NCBI GenBank assembly: GCA_965232515.1
Contig: CBDDPY010000002.1
Location: forward strand, 3,392,001 to 3,456,000
Reading direction: 5' to 3'
DNA length: 64,000 nucleotides
Source of the DNA: Alphaproteobacteria bacterium
GTDB taxonomy: Bacteria; Pseudomonadota; Alphaproteobacteria; GCA-2731375
Below the pieces are notes generated by a model, which saw only the letters and a list, made by a program, of their open reading frames with translations, was not told the origin of the DNA and did not search any database. The position numbers and the translations under genes were made by a program. Positions within the stretch are counted from its first letter, which is position 1. Each line of letters starts with the position of its first letter. Of this stretch, positions 37,085 through 47,359 are shown one piece after another.

Positions 37085-38053
37085 TCAGTCCAGGTGCCGC
37101 AGGTATTGCTGCACGAAGTCGACGCCGACGCGGGCGATGAAGGCGTCGGTCAGGCGCCTGGTGACGGGGCCGGGCACGCCACCGCTGTCCATCGCGACGC
37201 CGGAGACGCTGCGCACCGGGCAGATGCAGAAGCTGGTGGACGTGATGAAAGCCTCGTCGGCGTTGTAGGCATCGTAGGGCGCGATGTCGGCCTGCTCGTA
37301 CGGAATGCCGAGATCGTCGGCCAGCTCGAACACCGTGTCGCGGGTGACGCCGGCGAGCACGTAGTCGTCGCGTGGCGTGACCAGCGCGCCGTCGATCACG
37401 AAGAAGATGTTCGAGCCCATGCCTTCGGCGAAATGGCCGTTCTCGTCGAGCAGGATGGCCCAGGGATGGCGGCCGTCGCCGGCTTGGTGCTGGCGGCGGA
37501 TCTCCTCGTCGCCGAGGATCAGGTTCAGATAGTTGTGGGTCTTGGCGCGCGGCGAGAAGGCCTCGGGGCTGGCCCGGCGCACGGACGGCACCATCACGTC
37601 GATACCGTCGCGGAACAGCGGCGCACGTGGTTTGAACGGCAGCGGCGTGCATTCGACGATGACGGTCGGCCCGGTCGATTCATGGATGTCGCCGGCCGGG
37701 ATGTCGGTCCCGCGGGAGATGCGCTGCGAGACCCAGTAATCCTCGTGATCGTCGATCAGGTGCAGATTGCGCTCCAGCACGTCCAGCGTGATGTCGCGGA
37801 ACGCGTCCTTGCTCATGGGCGGCGGGATCTGCAGGTAGCGCAGGGTGCGGTAGAAACGGTCGAGATGCTCGTCGAGCTTGAACAGCTTGTGCGCGAAGGT
37901 GCGGCTGGTGTCGAAGGCGCCGTCGCCGAACTTGAAGCTGCGGTCGCGAAACGACACCACGGCGCGGCTCTCGGGCACGATCTCGCCGTTGAAGTAAGCG
38001 ACACGTTCGTTCGCGCGGCTCTCGGATGCAGTGTTCGTCGACGCGGCCATCAC
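37085..38053 (-). CDS. Aminotransferase class IV (BCAT/D-amino acid transaminase-like)
   Basis: DRSFKFGDGAFD, HLDRF, AKTHNY (PLP Lys), EG.GSNIF, LAGVTR, ADEAFITST. Confidence 0.92.
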   Translation of the reverse strand: MMAASTNTASESRANERVAYFNGEIVPESRAVVSFRDRSFKFGDGAFDTSRTFAHKLFKLDEHLDRFYRTLRYLQIPPPMSKDAFRDITLDVLERNLHLIDDHEDYWVSQRISRGTDIPAGDIHESTGPTVIVECTPLPFKPRAPLFRDGIDVMVPSVRRASPEAFSPRAKTHNYLNLILGDEEIRRQHQAGDGRHPWAILLDENGHFAEGMGSNIFFVIDGALVTPRDDYVLAGVTRDTVFELADDLGIPYEQADIAPYDAYNADEAFITSTSFCICPVRSVSGVAMDSGGVPGPVTRRLTDAFIARVGVDFVQQYLRHLD

Positions 38054-38184
38054 CAGTCCTTTCCCGTTGTCGTGTCAGCCTGACACGACGCGTGAAACCG
38101 CCGCAAGGGCACAACGCCAACGGGAACGAAACAATTGTTGGCGGTGGCCGGCCGGCACCTCTAAACCAGACGGCATGACTGTTC

Positions 38185-39072
38185 ATGCCGGCAGTATTGA
38201 GCGCGATGAGTGACGCCGCGTGGCTGTTGGCGCTCGGGTCTGCCGGGTTTTTCGGGCTGGCCCTGGTGCTGACGCAGTTCGGATTGCGCCATCTGCCGCC
38301 GCTCGCCGGCACCATGGTCAGCATTCCGACGTCGGCATTGCTGTTCTGGGCCGCGGCGCCGTGGCTGTTGGATACGGCCGGCTGGCGGGTCGATGCCGCC
38401 GCCGTTTTCGCGGCCGTCGGACTGCTGTTCCCGGCGGCGGTGACGCTGCTGACCTTCGAGGCCAACCGGCGCATGGGCCCGAACGTCGCCGGCGCGCTCG
38501 GCAACCTGGCGCCCTTGTTCGCCGTGCTGTTCGCGGTGATCGCGCTCGGCGAACGGCCGGGACCGCTGCAGCTCGCCGGCATCGCCGCCATCGTCCTGGC
38601 CGTCACCGCGCTGTCGGCCGACCGGACCTGGCTGGCGGCGCGCTGGCCGATCTGGGCGGTCGCCCTGCCGCTCGCCGCCGCCGGCATCCGCGGCGCCATC
38701 CAGCCGACGGTCAAGCTCGGCCTGGCGCTGTGGCCATGCGCGTTTGCCGCCACGCTGATCGGCTACACCATCTCGGCCATGGTCATCGCCGGCGCGGTGA
38801 CGTTGCGCGCCAACGGCCGAACGCCGCAACTGGGCCGCGCCGGCGCCGCCTGGTTCGCCGCCGTGGGTCTGAGTAATGGCCTTGCCGTGCTGACCATGTA
38901 TGCCGCGCTGTCCCGCGGCTCCGTGACGCTGGTCTCGCCGCTGGTCGCGACCTACCCGCTCGTGACGCTGGCGCTGAGCGCCCTGCTCCTGCACGCGGCC
39001 CGCTTCAATCTGCAACTTTGCCTCGGCGTCGCCGTCACGGTCGCCGGTGTCGCGCTCCTGCTCGCCGGCTGA
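38185..39072 (+). CDS. EamA/DMT family transporter
   Basis: About ten TM helices in two repeats; GERPG and VSPL..TYPL; start may be 38206. Confidence 0.87.
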   Translation: MPAVLSAMSDAAWLLALGSAGFFGLALVLTQFGLRHLPPLAGTMVSIPTSALLFWAAAPWLLDTAGWRVDAAAVFAAVGLLFPAAVTLLTFEANRRMGPNVAGALGNLAPLFAVLFAVIALGERPGPLQLAGIAAIVLAVTALSADRTWLAARWPIWAVALPLAAAGIRGAIQPTVKLGLALWPCAFAATLIGYTISAMVIAGAVTLRANGRTPQLGRAGAAWFAAVGLSNGLAVLTMYAALSRGSVTLVSPLVATYPLVTLALSALLLHAARFNLQLCLGVAVTVAGVALLLAG

Positions 39073-39177
39073 GCTTGAGGTTGGCGTGCATCGGCGTTGC
39101 GCCGATCCGTTGCTTGTGCTGAAAACCCGGTGCGTAATCTGCAATCCCGAAGCCAGGGCGTTTGTCGCGCATTGCCG

Positions 39178-39801
39178 ATGGTCGAGTTGCGAACCTTTCA
39201 GGACCGGGACCTGGACAGTCTCTATGCCATATCGCTCGCCACCGGCCATATCGGCGGAGACGCCAGCGCGCTCTACGCGGACGGCCGAATGATGGGGCAC
39301 ATCTACTCGGCACCCTACGCGAAGCTGCGCCCGCACACCTGTTTCGTGGCCGAGGACGCGGCCGGCGTCGCCGGATTCATCGTCGGCGCCGTTGACACGC
39401 GGGCGTTCGAAGCCGAGCTGGAACGCGCTTGGTGGCCGCATCTGCGCGCCATCTATCCGGATCCGAGCGGCACGCCGCCATCGATCCGGACCGCCGACGA
39501 GCGCCGCTTTTTCATGATCCATCACCCGCGACGCACGCCCGATGAGATCACGGCGGCGTTCCCCGCGCATCTGCACATGAACCTGCTGCCGCGATTGCAG
39601 GGCCAGGGCGTCGGCCCGTCATTGCTCGAATTGTGGTTCGCAGAGGCGCGGGAACTCGGCGCGACCGGCGTGCATGTCGGATCGAACGCGCACAACCACG
39701 GTGCGGTGCGGTTCTGGCAGAAATGTGGCTTCGAACGCCTGCCGTCGCTGGCCTCGGATGGCAGGACGGCATGGCTCGGGCGACACCTCGATCAAGCCTG
39801 A
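39178..39801 (+). CDS. GNAT family N-acetyltransferase
   Basis: YSAPY, PAHLHMNLLPRLQGQGVG, N..A..FW...GF. Confidence 0.88.
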   Translation: MVELRTFQDRDLDSLYAISLATGHIGGDASALYADGRMMGHIYSAPYAKLRPHTCFVAEDAAGVAGFIVGAVDTRAFEAELERAWWPHLRAIYPDPSGTPPSIRTADERRFFMIHHPRRTPDEITAAFPAHLHMNLLPRLQGQGVGPSLLELWFAEARELGATGVHVGSNAHNHGAVRFWQKCGFERLPSLASDGRTAWLGRHLDQA

Positions 39802-39942
39802 ACGGTTAACCGAACGATCCGCTGACGTTTTGCAGGTCTGTCGCGTCGGCATGATCGTGATCGTCGCCCTGTAACTGACAAACTGGCAGACTGTTGGTTT
39901 GGAAATACATGCCTGCCAGCAGGGATCGTGGGGAGATCAGCG

Positions 39943-40791
39943 ATGTTCGAGGTCAATGCGGAGAAGAAATCGTTCACCACTTCGGACGGCGCGCGGCTCA
40001 GCTACCTGGAGGCGGGGTCGGGACAGCCTTTCGTCATGATCCCGGGCTGGTCGCAGACAGCCGAACAGTGGCATCACCAGGTCAATCACTTCTCGAACAC
40101 GCACCGGGTGCTGGCGCTGGACATGCGCGGGCATGGCGACAGCGACAAGCCCGACCACGGCTATCGCGTCTACCGGCTGGCGAAGGATGTGCGCGACGTC
40201 ATCGAGGGCCTTGACCTACACGATGTGGTGCTGATGGGGCATTCGATGGGCTGCTCGGTGATCTGGGCGCTCTACGACCTCTATGGCGCCGACCGGATCG
40301 CCAAGATCGTCTTCGTCGACGAGCCGCCCTCGCTCTCGGACAACCCGACGCTCGACGACCAGACGCGGCCGCAGGCGGGCGCCATCTTCACGCCCGAGGC
40401 CACGTTCGAGACCGCGATCGCGCTCGCGAACGATGCAAACGGCGAGGTCACGACCGGGTTCGTCACCGGCATGTTCACGCCGGACTGCCCGAAAGACATC
40501 GTCGAGGGCAGCATCGCGCTGAACCTGAAATTCCCGCGCGACAAGGCGGCGGCGCTGGTGGTCGACCATGTCCACAACGACTGGCGCGACGTGATGGGCC
40601 GGATCGCGGTGCCGGCGCTCTGCATCGGCGGCCGGATCAGCCTGGTGCCCTGGACGTCCGTGGTCTGGCAGGCCGAACAGATGCCTCACGGCGAGGTCGA
40701 GATCTTCGAAGCCGACGAAGGCGGCGCGCACTTCATGTTCATGGAGAACCCGGAAAAATTTGATGCCCGCGTCGCCGAATTTCTGGGCTGA
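39943..40791 (+). CDS. Alpha/beta hydrolase (non-heme haloperoxidase-like)
   Basis: PGWSQ, D.RGHG.S, GHSMG nucleophile elbow, AHFMF.ENP. Confidence 0.92.
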   Translation: MFEVNAEKKSFTTSDGARLSYLEAGSGQPFVMIPGWSQTAEQWHHQVNHFSNTHRVLALDMRGHGDSDKPDHGYRVYRLAKDVRDVIEGLDLHDVVLMGHSMGCSVIWALYDLYGADRIAKIVFVDEPPSLSDNPTLDDQTRPQAGAIFTPEATFETAIALANDANGEVTTGFVTGMFTPDCPKDIVEGSIALNLKFPRDKAAALVVDHVHNDWRDVMGRIAVPALCIGGRISLVPWTSVVWQAEQMPHGEVEIFEADEGGAHFMFMENPEKFDARVAEFLG

Positions 40792-40951
40792 CGGCCACAG
40801 ATTTGTTGGCCAGCAAGCGGCCAGGCGCCCCTTGCCGGCCACGGCCTGAACCGATCTCAACCCGAATTAACGCATTTGGGCGCACATCCAATGCGATAAA
40901 TGCTCTAGACTGTTGCCATTGAGGGCTCAGCGATTGGCCAGGAGTCGGGCT

Positions 40952-41503
40952 ATGTTCGGGCTTGCGAACTACATAATGATCGCCCTCTTCGTCCTCGTCG
41001 CGGTTGGTCTGCCGACCCCTCCGGCTTGGGCGCAAGACGCCAAGCAATCCAAGCCATTGTTCAGCGTGGACGGATTTGACTACCAGTTCATCCCTCGCGG
41101 GCGAATACACATGAATGTCTGCCAGCAAACGAGCTGTGTTCCCGGGTCCCGGGTCAGCTACACGCTCTATGCGCCGGAACCCAATCCCAGCTTCGAGCAG
41201 TACAAACTTTCACAGGACCGAGTTGCAACACAACTCAGGGCCCGCGCGCCGCAGGGTACGAAGTTTGTATTTGGTACGCCGGAGCAAACGCGGGACGACG
41301 TCTTCACGACCTTCACCAACACAAGGGAGATTCACAATCCCAACGGCACCAAGATGTTCACGAAGTCAACATTGCTGCATGCCGAGGCAGCGACGATCTC
41401 TCTCGTGAGTTCGTCGGAAGATAAAGAAGCGGTCGAAACAAACCGCGCGCTGTTCATGCTCCAACTCATGATCTTGACCGAGCTTGCAAACAAGCAGAAT
41501 TAG
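40952..41503 (+). CDS. Exported hypothetical protein
   Basis: AGGAG RBS; signal peptide ending AWA; AT-richer codons. Confidence 0.7.
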   Translation: MFGLANYIMIALFVLVAVGLPTPPAWAQDAKQSKPLFSVDGFDYQFIPRGRIHMNVCQQTSCVPGSRVSYTLYAPEPNPSFEQYKLSQDRVATQLRARAPQGTKFVFGTPEQTRDDVFTTFTNTREIHNPNGTKMFTKSTLLHAEAATISLVSSSEDKEAVETNRALFMLQLMILTELANKQN

Positions 41504-41527
41504 CGCTGGCACCGTCATGCCAGTTGC

Positions 41528-42313
41528 TCAATCCCTGTCCATGCCGCCGGACGCGTTGAGGCGTTCGGCGGTGATGTAGTCGGGGGCGTCGAGGGCGAGC
41601 CAGCAGACGGCGTCAGCCATCTCGTCCGGCGTCATGCGACGGCCGAGGGGGATGCGGGCAGTGCGCTCGGCCTTGAAGGCGTCGAGGTCGTCGCGGCCCT
41701 CGAGTTCGGCCATCAGGCGTTCGGTACGGTCCTGCAATTCGGTGTCCATCATGCCAGGGCCGATGCTGTTGACCTGGATGTTGTGTGGCGCGAGCGCGAC
41801 GGCGGCCGTGCGGGTGAGCGAATCCACCGCGGCCTTGCTGGCGGCATAGGCCGCGTAGGTCGGGAGCGCCATGCGCGAGGCCGCCGAGGTGACGTTGACG
41901 ATGCGGCCCCTGCCCTGCGCCCGCATCTGCGCGCCGGCCGCGGCGATCGCCAGCGCCACGCCCCGCACGTTGACGAGCAGGCTGCGCTCCCAGGCGGCCG
42001 GCGTCATCTCGAGAAACGCCTCGATCGTGGCGTAAGCCGCTGCGTTGACCAGCACGTCGAGCCGGCCAAATTGCGCCACGGTCGCCGTGACCATGGCCGC
42101 CGGTCCATCGGCGGAACCGAGATCGTAGGTCAGCGCCTGTGCGTCCGTGGCGGCCGAGCGGCAGCGCGCGGCGACCGACTGGGCGCCATCCGAATCCACG
42201 TCCGCGATGGCGATGTTCAGCCCGCGCGCCGCCAGCGCGACGGCGACCGCCGCGCCGAAGCCGTTGGCGCCGCCCGTGACGAGCGCCGTTTGTTTTGTCG
42301 CCTGATCGGTCAT
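41528..42313 (-). CDS. SDR family oxidoreductase
   Basis: TGGANGFG, YAASK, VN.IGPG...T. Confidence 0.92.
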   Translation of the reverse strand: MTDQATKQTALVTGGANGFGAAVAVALAARGLNIAIADVDSDGAQSVAARCRSAATDAQALTYDLGSADGPAAMVTATVAQFGRLDVLVNAAAYATIEAFLEMTPAAWERSLLVNVRGVALAIAAAGAQMRAQGRGRIVNVTSAASRMALPTYAAYAASKAAVDSLTRTAAVALAPHNIQVNSIGPGMMDTELQDRTERLMAELEGRDDLDAFKAERTARIPLGRRMTPDEMADAVCWLALDAPDYITAERLNASGGMDRD

Positions 42314-42446
42314 GGCTTCCTCCGCTGCCGACTGCTGTCGCACAAGAGGATGTTACTTGGTCGACGGCGTTCGCGCCGCCTAGGCTGACAGACGTCAAGT
42401 CCAGTGGCGTTTATCGGAAAACAAGAAGACAGCGGAGGACGTCATC

Positions 42447-43211
42447 ATGACCGCACCTGTACGCCTTTTGCACCACCCGACATCACAGCCCTGTCGGGCC
42501 GTGCATCAGTTCCTGCTGGAGGTTGGCATTCCGTTCGAGCAGGAGGTCGTCAACATCCTGGACGGCAGCAACGAGGCGCAAGACTTCAAGGACAACTACA
42601 ACCCGACGGGGCAGATCCCGATCCTCTGCGACGGCGACTTCGTCGTCTGGGAGAGCGCGGCGATCGCCTTCTACCTGAACGAAAAATACGACGCGCCGGC
42701 GCATTGGTTCGGCGCCACGATGCAACAGCGCGCCCTGATCCAGCAGTATCTGCACTGGCATTCGACGTCGCTCCGCCGCGGCGCCGGGGCGTTTTTCTAT
42801 TCGCACTTCGCGGAATGCATCTGGGGCAAGCACGACTATTCCCGGGAGATCGAGAAAGGCCGGCACGTACTCTACGAGTCGATGGGAATCCTGGACCGCT
42901 GGCTTGGCCACAGCAACTACGTCTGCGGCGACGAGATCAGCTTCGCCGACCTGCAAGGCTATCATGAGTTCGTGTCGCACGCGGCCGGCGAAATCATTCC
43001 CGAGGCGGAATGGCGCAAGCATCCCAACATCAAACGCTGGTTCGACGCCATCTCCGAACGCCCGCATTCGGCTGTTGTTAGCGAGATGATCATGGAGGTC
43101 GGCCGGATGCGGCTTGCGGGCGAGCTCATTCCCATGACGCGCAAGACGTCTCTCGCGAAGGGGACGGAGATTGCCGGCAGCGGGACGACCGGAATCCCGT
43201 ATCTGAACTAG
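42447..43211 (+). CDS. Theta-class glutathione S-transferase, dichloromethane dehalogenase (DcmA)-like
   Basis: HPTSQPCR, YNPTGQIPIL, VWES.AI, YVCGDEISFADL, HEFVSH.AG.IIP, ERPH and C-terminal RKT...KGTE...GIPYLN. Confidence 0.88.
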   Translation: MTAPVRLLHHPTSQPCRAVHQFLLEVGIPFEQEVVNILDGSNEAQDFKDNYNPTGQIPILCDGDFVVWESAAIAFYLNEKYDAPAHWFGATMQQRALIQQYLHWHSTSLRRGAGAFFYSHFAECIWGKHDYSREIEKGRHVLYESMGILDRWLGHSNYVCGDEISFADLQGYHEFVSHAAGEIIPEAEWRKHPNIKRWFDAISERPHSAVVSEMIMEVGRMRLAGELIPMTRKTSLAKGTEIAGSGTTGIPYLN

Positions 43212-43319
43212 CGTCTGCCCGAACATTTGCGTTTGTCGCGCCGGCATCGATTTGCCGGACGTCGCGCCATGCGGGATTATAGGCAGGCGATAAAGCAGCC
43301 AAACGGGGGCAAAGCGGCG

Positions 43320-44297
43320 ATGAAACGCAAACACGCGAGCGGCAACGCCGGCAGGCGATCGAAATCGGACCAGCAAATCGCCATTGCGGCCTACGAACAT
43401 CGCCGTGGCGAGGGCAAAGGCGACCAACGGTTTCCGTCGGATCGGGAGATCTCGCTGGATGCCTATGAGCAGCGGCACAGCGAGGCGTCGCGGCCGAAGC
43501 CGGCGCGGCTGAAGGGTAAGATCTATAAGCGCGAACTGACGCGTCTGCAGATCGAGCTGGTGAAGCTGCAGGAATGGATCAAAGACCAGGGTCTGAAGGT
43601 GGTCGTGGTCTTCGAGGGCCGCGACGCGGCCGGCAAGGGCGGCACGATCAAGCGCATCCTGCAGAGCCTGAACCCGCGCATCTGCGACGTGGTGGCCCTG
43701 GGCACGCCGACCGACCGCGAAAAGACGCAATGGTACTTCCAGCGCTATGTGGCGCATCTGCCGGCGGCGGGCCAGATGGTGCTGTTCGACCGCTCCTGGT
43801 ACAACCGCGCCGGCGTCGAGCGCGTCATGGGTTTCTGCACCGAGGAGGAGTATCGCGACTTCCTGCGCTCGGCGCCGGAGTTCGAGCGCATGCTGGTGCG
43901 CTCGGGCATTGTCCTGATCAAATACTGGTTCTCGGTCAGCGACGAAGAGCAGGAACGCCGCTTCAGCGACCGCATCAAAACGCCGACCAAACGCTGGAAG
44001 CTGAGCCCCATGGACCTGGAGTCGCGCAAACGCTGGGTCGAGTATTCGAAGGCCAAGGACGAGATGTTCCAGCACACCGATATCAAGCAGGCGCCCTGGT
44101 ATGTGGTCGAATCCGACGACAAACGGCGGGCGCGGCTGAACTGTATCCGTCACCTGTTGAGCGTCATTCCCTATAAGGATCTGACGCCGGAGCCGGTCAA
44201 GCTGCCGCGGCGGCAACGGGCCGGCGGCTACGTGCGGCCGCCGATGAGCGAGCAGACCATCATCCCCGACCACTATCCGGCGGACGGCGGCCGATGA
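43320..44297 (+). CDS. ppk2: Polyphosphate kinase 2
   Basis: FEGRDAAGKGG Walker A, WYFQRY, FDRSWYNRAGVE, WKLSPMD. Confidence 0.96.
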   Translation: MKRKHASGNAGRRSKSDQQIAIAAYEHRRGEGKGDQRFPSDREISLDAYEQRHSEASRPKPARLKGKIYKRELTRLQIELVKLQEWIKDQGLKVVVVFEGRDAAGKGGTIKRILQSLNPRICDVVALGTPTDREKTQWYFQRYVAHLPAAGQMVLFDRSWYNRAGVERVMGFCTEEEYRDFLRSAPEFERMLVRSGIVLIKYWFSVSDEEQERRFSDRIKTPTKRWKLSPMDLESRKRWVEYSKAKDEMFQHTDIKQAPWYVVESDDKRRARLNCIRHLLSVIPYKDLTPEPVKLPRRQRAGGYVRPPMSEQTIIPDHYPADGGR

Positions 44298-44698
44298 GCC
44301 GGATCGGGGTAAGGGCGCTGGCCGACGCGGCGGCGGCCGAGATCGAGACCTGGACGCTGGACGAAGCGCTGGCCCGGCATGGCGACGACGACATTGTGTT
44401 CGTCGATGTGCGCGACATCCGCGAGGTCTGGCGCGACGGCACCATTGCCGGGGCCTATCATGCGCCGCGCGACATGCTGGAGTTCTGGGTCGACCCCGAC
44501 AGCCCGTACGCCAAGGAGATCTTCCAGAGCGGCAAACGCTTCGCCTTCTTCTGCGCCTCGGGCGACGGCATGCGCTCGGCGCTGTCGGCCAAGGCCGTGC
44601 AGGACATGGGCCTGAAACCTGTCTGCCGCATTCATGGCGGCTTTGCCGGCTGGCGCGGCGCCGGCGGTCCGGTCGAACAGCGCAAGCCGAAAAGCTGA
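44294..44698 (+). CDS. Rhodanese-like protein
   Basis: VDVRDIRE, MLEFWVDPDSPY, FCASG..MRSAL, GGFAGW; ATGA overlap with ppk2. Confidence 0.88.
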   Translation: MSRIGVRALADAAAAEIETWTLDEALARHGDDDIVFVDVRDIREVWRDGTIAGAYHAPRDMLEFWVDPDSPYAKEIFQSGKRFAFFCASGDGMRSALSAKAVQDMGLKPVCRIHGGFAGWRGAGGPVEQRKPKS

Positions 44699-44789
44699 AT
44701 TCCGATAGCGCGCATCGGCCGCGCTTAATGCTAATATTCCGGACAAGTGTTTGGGGCGTGGGGCACGCAAGACCAACCGGGAGACGACA

Positions 44790-46031
44790 ATGCGTAAGAC
44801 GACTAGTTCCCTGACCAACCTTTGGATCACGACGGCGGTCGGCGCCGCCGTGCTGGCGCTGGCGGCGGCCGGACCCGCGGCGGCGCAGGACGTGAAGATC
44901 GGCACGCTGAACGGCATGACCGGCGGCCTCGCCGCCTATGCGCCGCCGATCATCGACGGCCAGAAGCTGGCCGTGACGCATGTGAACGAGCAGGGCGGGA
45001 TCCTGGGCGGCCGCAAGCTGGTGCTGGTGACCGGCGACACCCAGAGCAATCCGACCGGCGCCGTCGACGCGGCGCAGAAGCTGGTTTCCGTCGACGGCGT
45101 GGCCGGCATCGTCGGCGCGCTGGCCAGCAGCGCCACCATCTCGTCGGCGACCAGCGTCACCGTGCCGGCCGGCATTCCGCAGATCTCGCCGGCCTCGACC
45201 TCGCCGGCGATCACGACGCTGGACGACAAGGACCTGCTCTACCGCACCACCGTCAGCGACGCCTATCAGGGCGTGGTGCTGGCCCGCGTCGTGCACAAGC
45301 GCGGCATCAAGCGGGTGGCGATGACGTATATCAACAACGATTACGGCAAGGGGTTGGCCGAGGCTTTCCGCGAGGCCTACACCAAGCTCGGCGGCACCAT
45401 CACCGGCGATCAGCCGCACGAGGAGAACAAGGCCTCCTACCGGGCCGAGCTGGCGACGCTGGCGTCGGGCGATCCCGAGGGGCTGGTGACCATCGCCTAC
45501 CCCGACAGCGGCGGCAAGATCATCATGCGGCAGTCGCTGGAGAACGGCTTCTTCGATCAGTTCATCATGACCGACGGCATGCGCCAGACCGAAGTGGTCG
45601 AAGAGATCGGCGCCGACAACCTGAAGGGCTCGTTCGGCACCGGCGCCGAGGCGCCGGGCGACACGTCTGCCTCGATGGCGTTCGAGAAGGCCTATTCGGC
45701 GGCCTTCGAGACCACCAAGGAGAAGTTCTATATCCGCGAAGCCTATGACGCGGCGTTCATGATGGCGCTCGCCATCGAGAAGGCCGGCTCCACCGACGGC
45801 ATGAAGATCCGCGACGCCCTGCGGCAGGTCTGCTGCGCGCCGGGCGAAAAGGTCGAGCCGGGCCAGTGGGAGAAGGCCCGCAAGCTGATCGCCGACGGCA
45901 AGGACATCGACTATGTCGGCGCCGCCGGCGACCAGGAGTTCGACGGCTCAGGCGACGTCGCCGGCACCATCGGCCACTGGGAAGTCCAGGCCAACGGCGA
46001 CCTGAAGGTGCTGGAGATTTATTCGGACTGA
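44790..46031 (+). CDS. Branched-chain amino acid-type ABC substrate-binding protein
   Basis: Signal peptide; ISPASTSP.IT, RT..SDAYQG, NNDYG.GL, AYDA, DY.GAAG. Confidence 0.92.
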   Translation: MRKTTSSLTNLWITTAVGAAVLALAAAGPAAAQDVKIGTLNGMTGGLAAYAPPIIDGQKLAVTHVNEQGGILGGRKLVLVTGDTQSNPTGAVDAAQKLVSVDGVAGIVGALASSATISSATSVTVPAGIPQISPASTSPAITTLDDKDLLYRTTVSDAYQGVVLARVVHKRGIKRVAMTYINNDYGKGLAEAFREAYTKLGGTITGDQPHEENKASYRAELATLASGDPEGLVTIAYPDSGGKIIMRQSLENGFFDQFIMTDGMRQTEVVEEIGADNLKGSFGTGAEAPGDTSASMAFEKAYSAAFETTKEKFYIREAYDAAFMMALAIEKAGSTDGMKIRDALRQVCCAPGEKVEPGQWEKARKLIADGKDIDYVGAAGDQEFDGSGDVAGTIGHWEVQANGDLKVLEIYSD

Positions 46032-46070
46032 CCCCATGTAACGACCCTCTCCCTGTTTGTTCGTAGGGTC

Positions 46071-47291
46071 ATGCGTATGTGTTCTTTGTTCAGGGAGGGG
46101 GTCGTCTATCTCGCCGTTGTTCTCTTGCTCGTCGCGACCCAGATAGGGGTGGTGAGCGAGTCGGCGGCGGACGAACCCCCAATCAGCGAAAGCGCGGCGG
46201 TCGAGCGTCTGCTGACCGCCGAGAGCATCGATCCGGACTGGTTCGATCCGGCGTTTCTGGCGCAGATACCGCTGGCGCAGATCGAGGCGATCATTGCCTC
46301 GCTGAATCAACAATATGGCGCCTTCGTTTCAATTGGCATGGAGCGGGGCGGCGGCACGCTGCGGCTGGCCGGCGCGGAGATGCCGGTGCGCGCAGCGTTG
46401 AACGCGCAAGGCCAGTTCATCGGGTTGTTCTTCGGCGTACCGTCGTTGACGGATGCCGGCCCCTCTGAGCTGATCGCGCAGTTCGTCGAGCTCGCCGACG
46501 ACGTATCGGCCTTTGTCCGGCGCGGCGACACGGTGCTGGGCGAACGTGAGCCCGACCGGCCGCTCGCCGTCGGCTCCGCCTTCAAGCTGGCGATCCTGAA
46601 GGCCTATGAGGACCGGGTCGCGGCCGGCGACCTCGCGCGCGATCGCGTTGTCGCCCTGCGGCACACCTGGCGCTCGATCCCGTCGGGCATGCTGCAGGAC
46701 TGGCCCGCGGGCGCGCCAGTGACGCTGGAAACGCTCGCCGGTCTGATGATCGCGATCAGCGACAACACCGCCACCGACGCGATGATCGGCATCCTCGGGC
46801 GCGATGCCGTCGAGGCGGTGTCGCCGCGCAACCGGCCGTTCCTGACCACGCGGGAAGCCGCCCTGATCAAGACCGACGCCCTGCCCGACCTGCGGCGACG
46901 CTACCAAGACGCAGACATGGACGGGCGCCGGCGCCTGCTGGCCGAACTCGCCGCGCGCGATCTCGGCGAGACCAAGGATTTCGGCGCGACGCCGACCGTC
47001 GGGATCGAATGGTTCTTCACGGCGCGCGAGCTCTGCGGCCTGATCGACAATCTGTTCGCGGCGCCGGCCGTGACGATCAATCCCGGGCCGATCGACGCCG
47101 CCGACTGGGTCCGCGTCGCCTACAAGGGCGGCTCGGAGCTCGGCGTGCTCAACTTCACCGCCGCCGCCGAAGGCGCCGACGGCGAGCGCGTCTGCGCCGC
47201 GGTCACGCTCAACACCGACCGCGCCATCGACGAACGGCGCGCCACGGTCCTTTTCGCCAGCCTGTTCGAGGCGCTGCGGTCCGCGGATTAA
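46071..47291 (+). CDS. Exported serine hydrolase with class A beta-lactamase-like fold and an N-terminal extension (Cpe/LpqF-like)
   Basis: GSAFKL (SxxK), ISDNTATD (SDN), YKGGS (KTG-like). Confidence 0.85.
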   Translation: MRMCSLFREGVVYLAVVLLLVATQIGVVSESAADEPPISESAAVERLLTAESIDPDWFDPAFLAQIPLAQIEAIIASLNQQYGAFVSIGMERGGGTLRLAGAEMPVRAALNAQGQFIGLFFGVPSLTDAGPSELIAQFVELADDVSAFVRRGDTVLGEREPDRPLAVGSAFKLAILKAYEDRVAAGDLARDRVVALRHTWRSIPSGMLQDWPAGAPVTLETLAGLMIAISDNTATDAMIGILGRDAVEAVSPRNRPFLTTREAALIKTDALPDLRRRYQDADMDGRRRLLAELAARDLGETKDFGATPTVGIEWFFTARELCGLIDNLFAAPAVTINPGPIDAADWVRVAYKGGSELGVLNFTAAAEGADGERVCAAVTLNTDRAIDERRATVLFASLFEALRSAD

Positions 47292-47359
47292 TTCCGGTGA
47301 CAGTAACTGTAACTCACGAGCGAATTAAGGTTACTGTCACCGGAACTTCACCGGAACTT
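47292..47359. repeat. REP-like palindrome with a duplicated right end, between convergent genes
   Basis: TTCCGGTGACAGTAAC (47292-47307) and GTTACTGTCACCGGAA (47330-47345) form a 16-bp perfect inverted repeat; CACCGGAACTT occurs twice in tandem. Confidence 0.75.

Noticed and set aside
46071-47291. Antibiotic-resistance class A beta-lactamase
   Set aside because: It has KGG instead of KTG, no recognisable ExxLN omega-loop motif and an extra N-terminal domain; this fits Cpe/LpqF-like hydrolases better.
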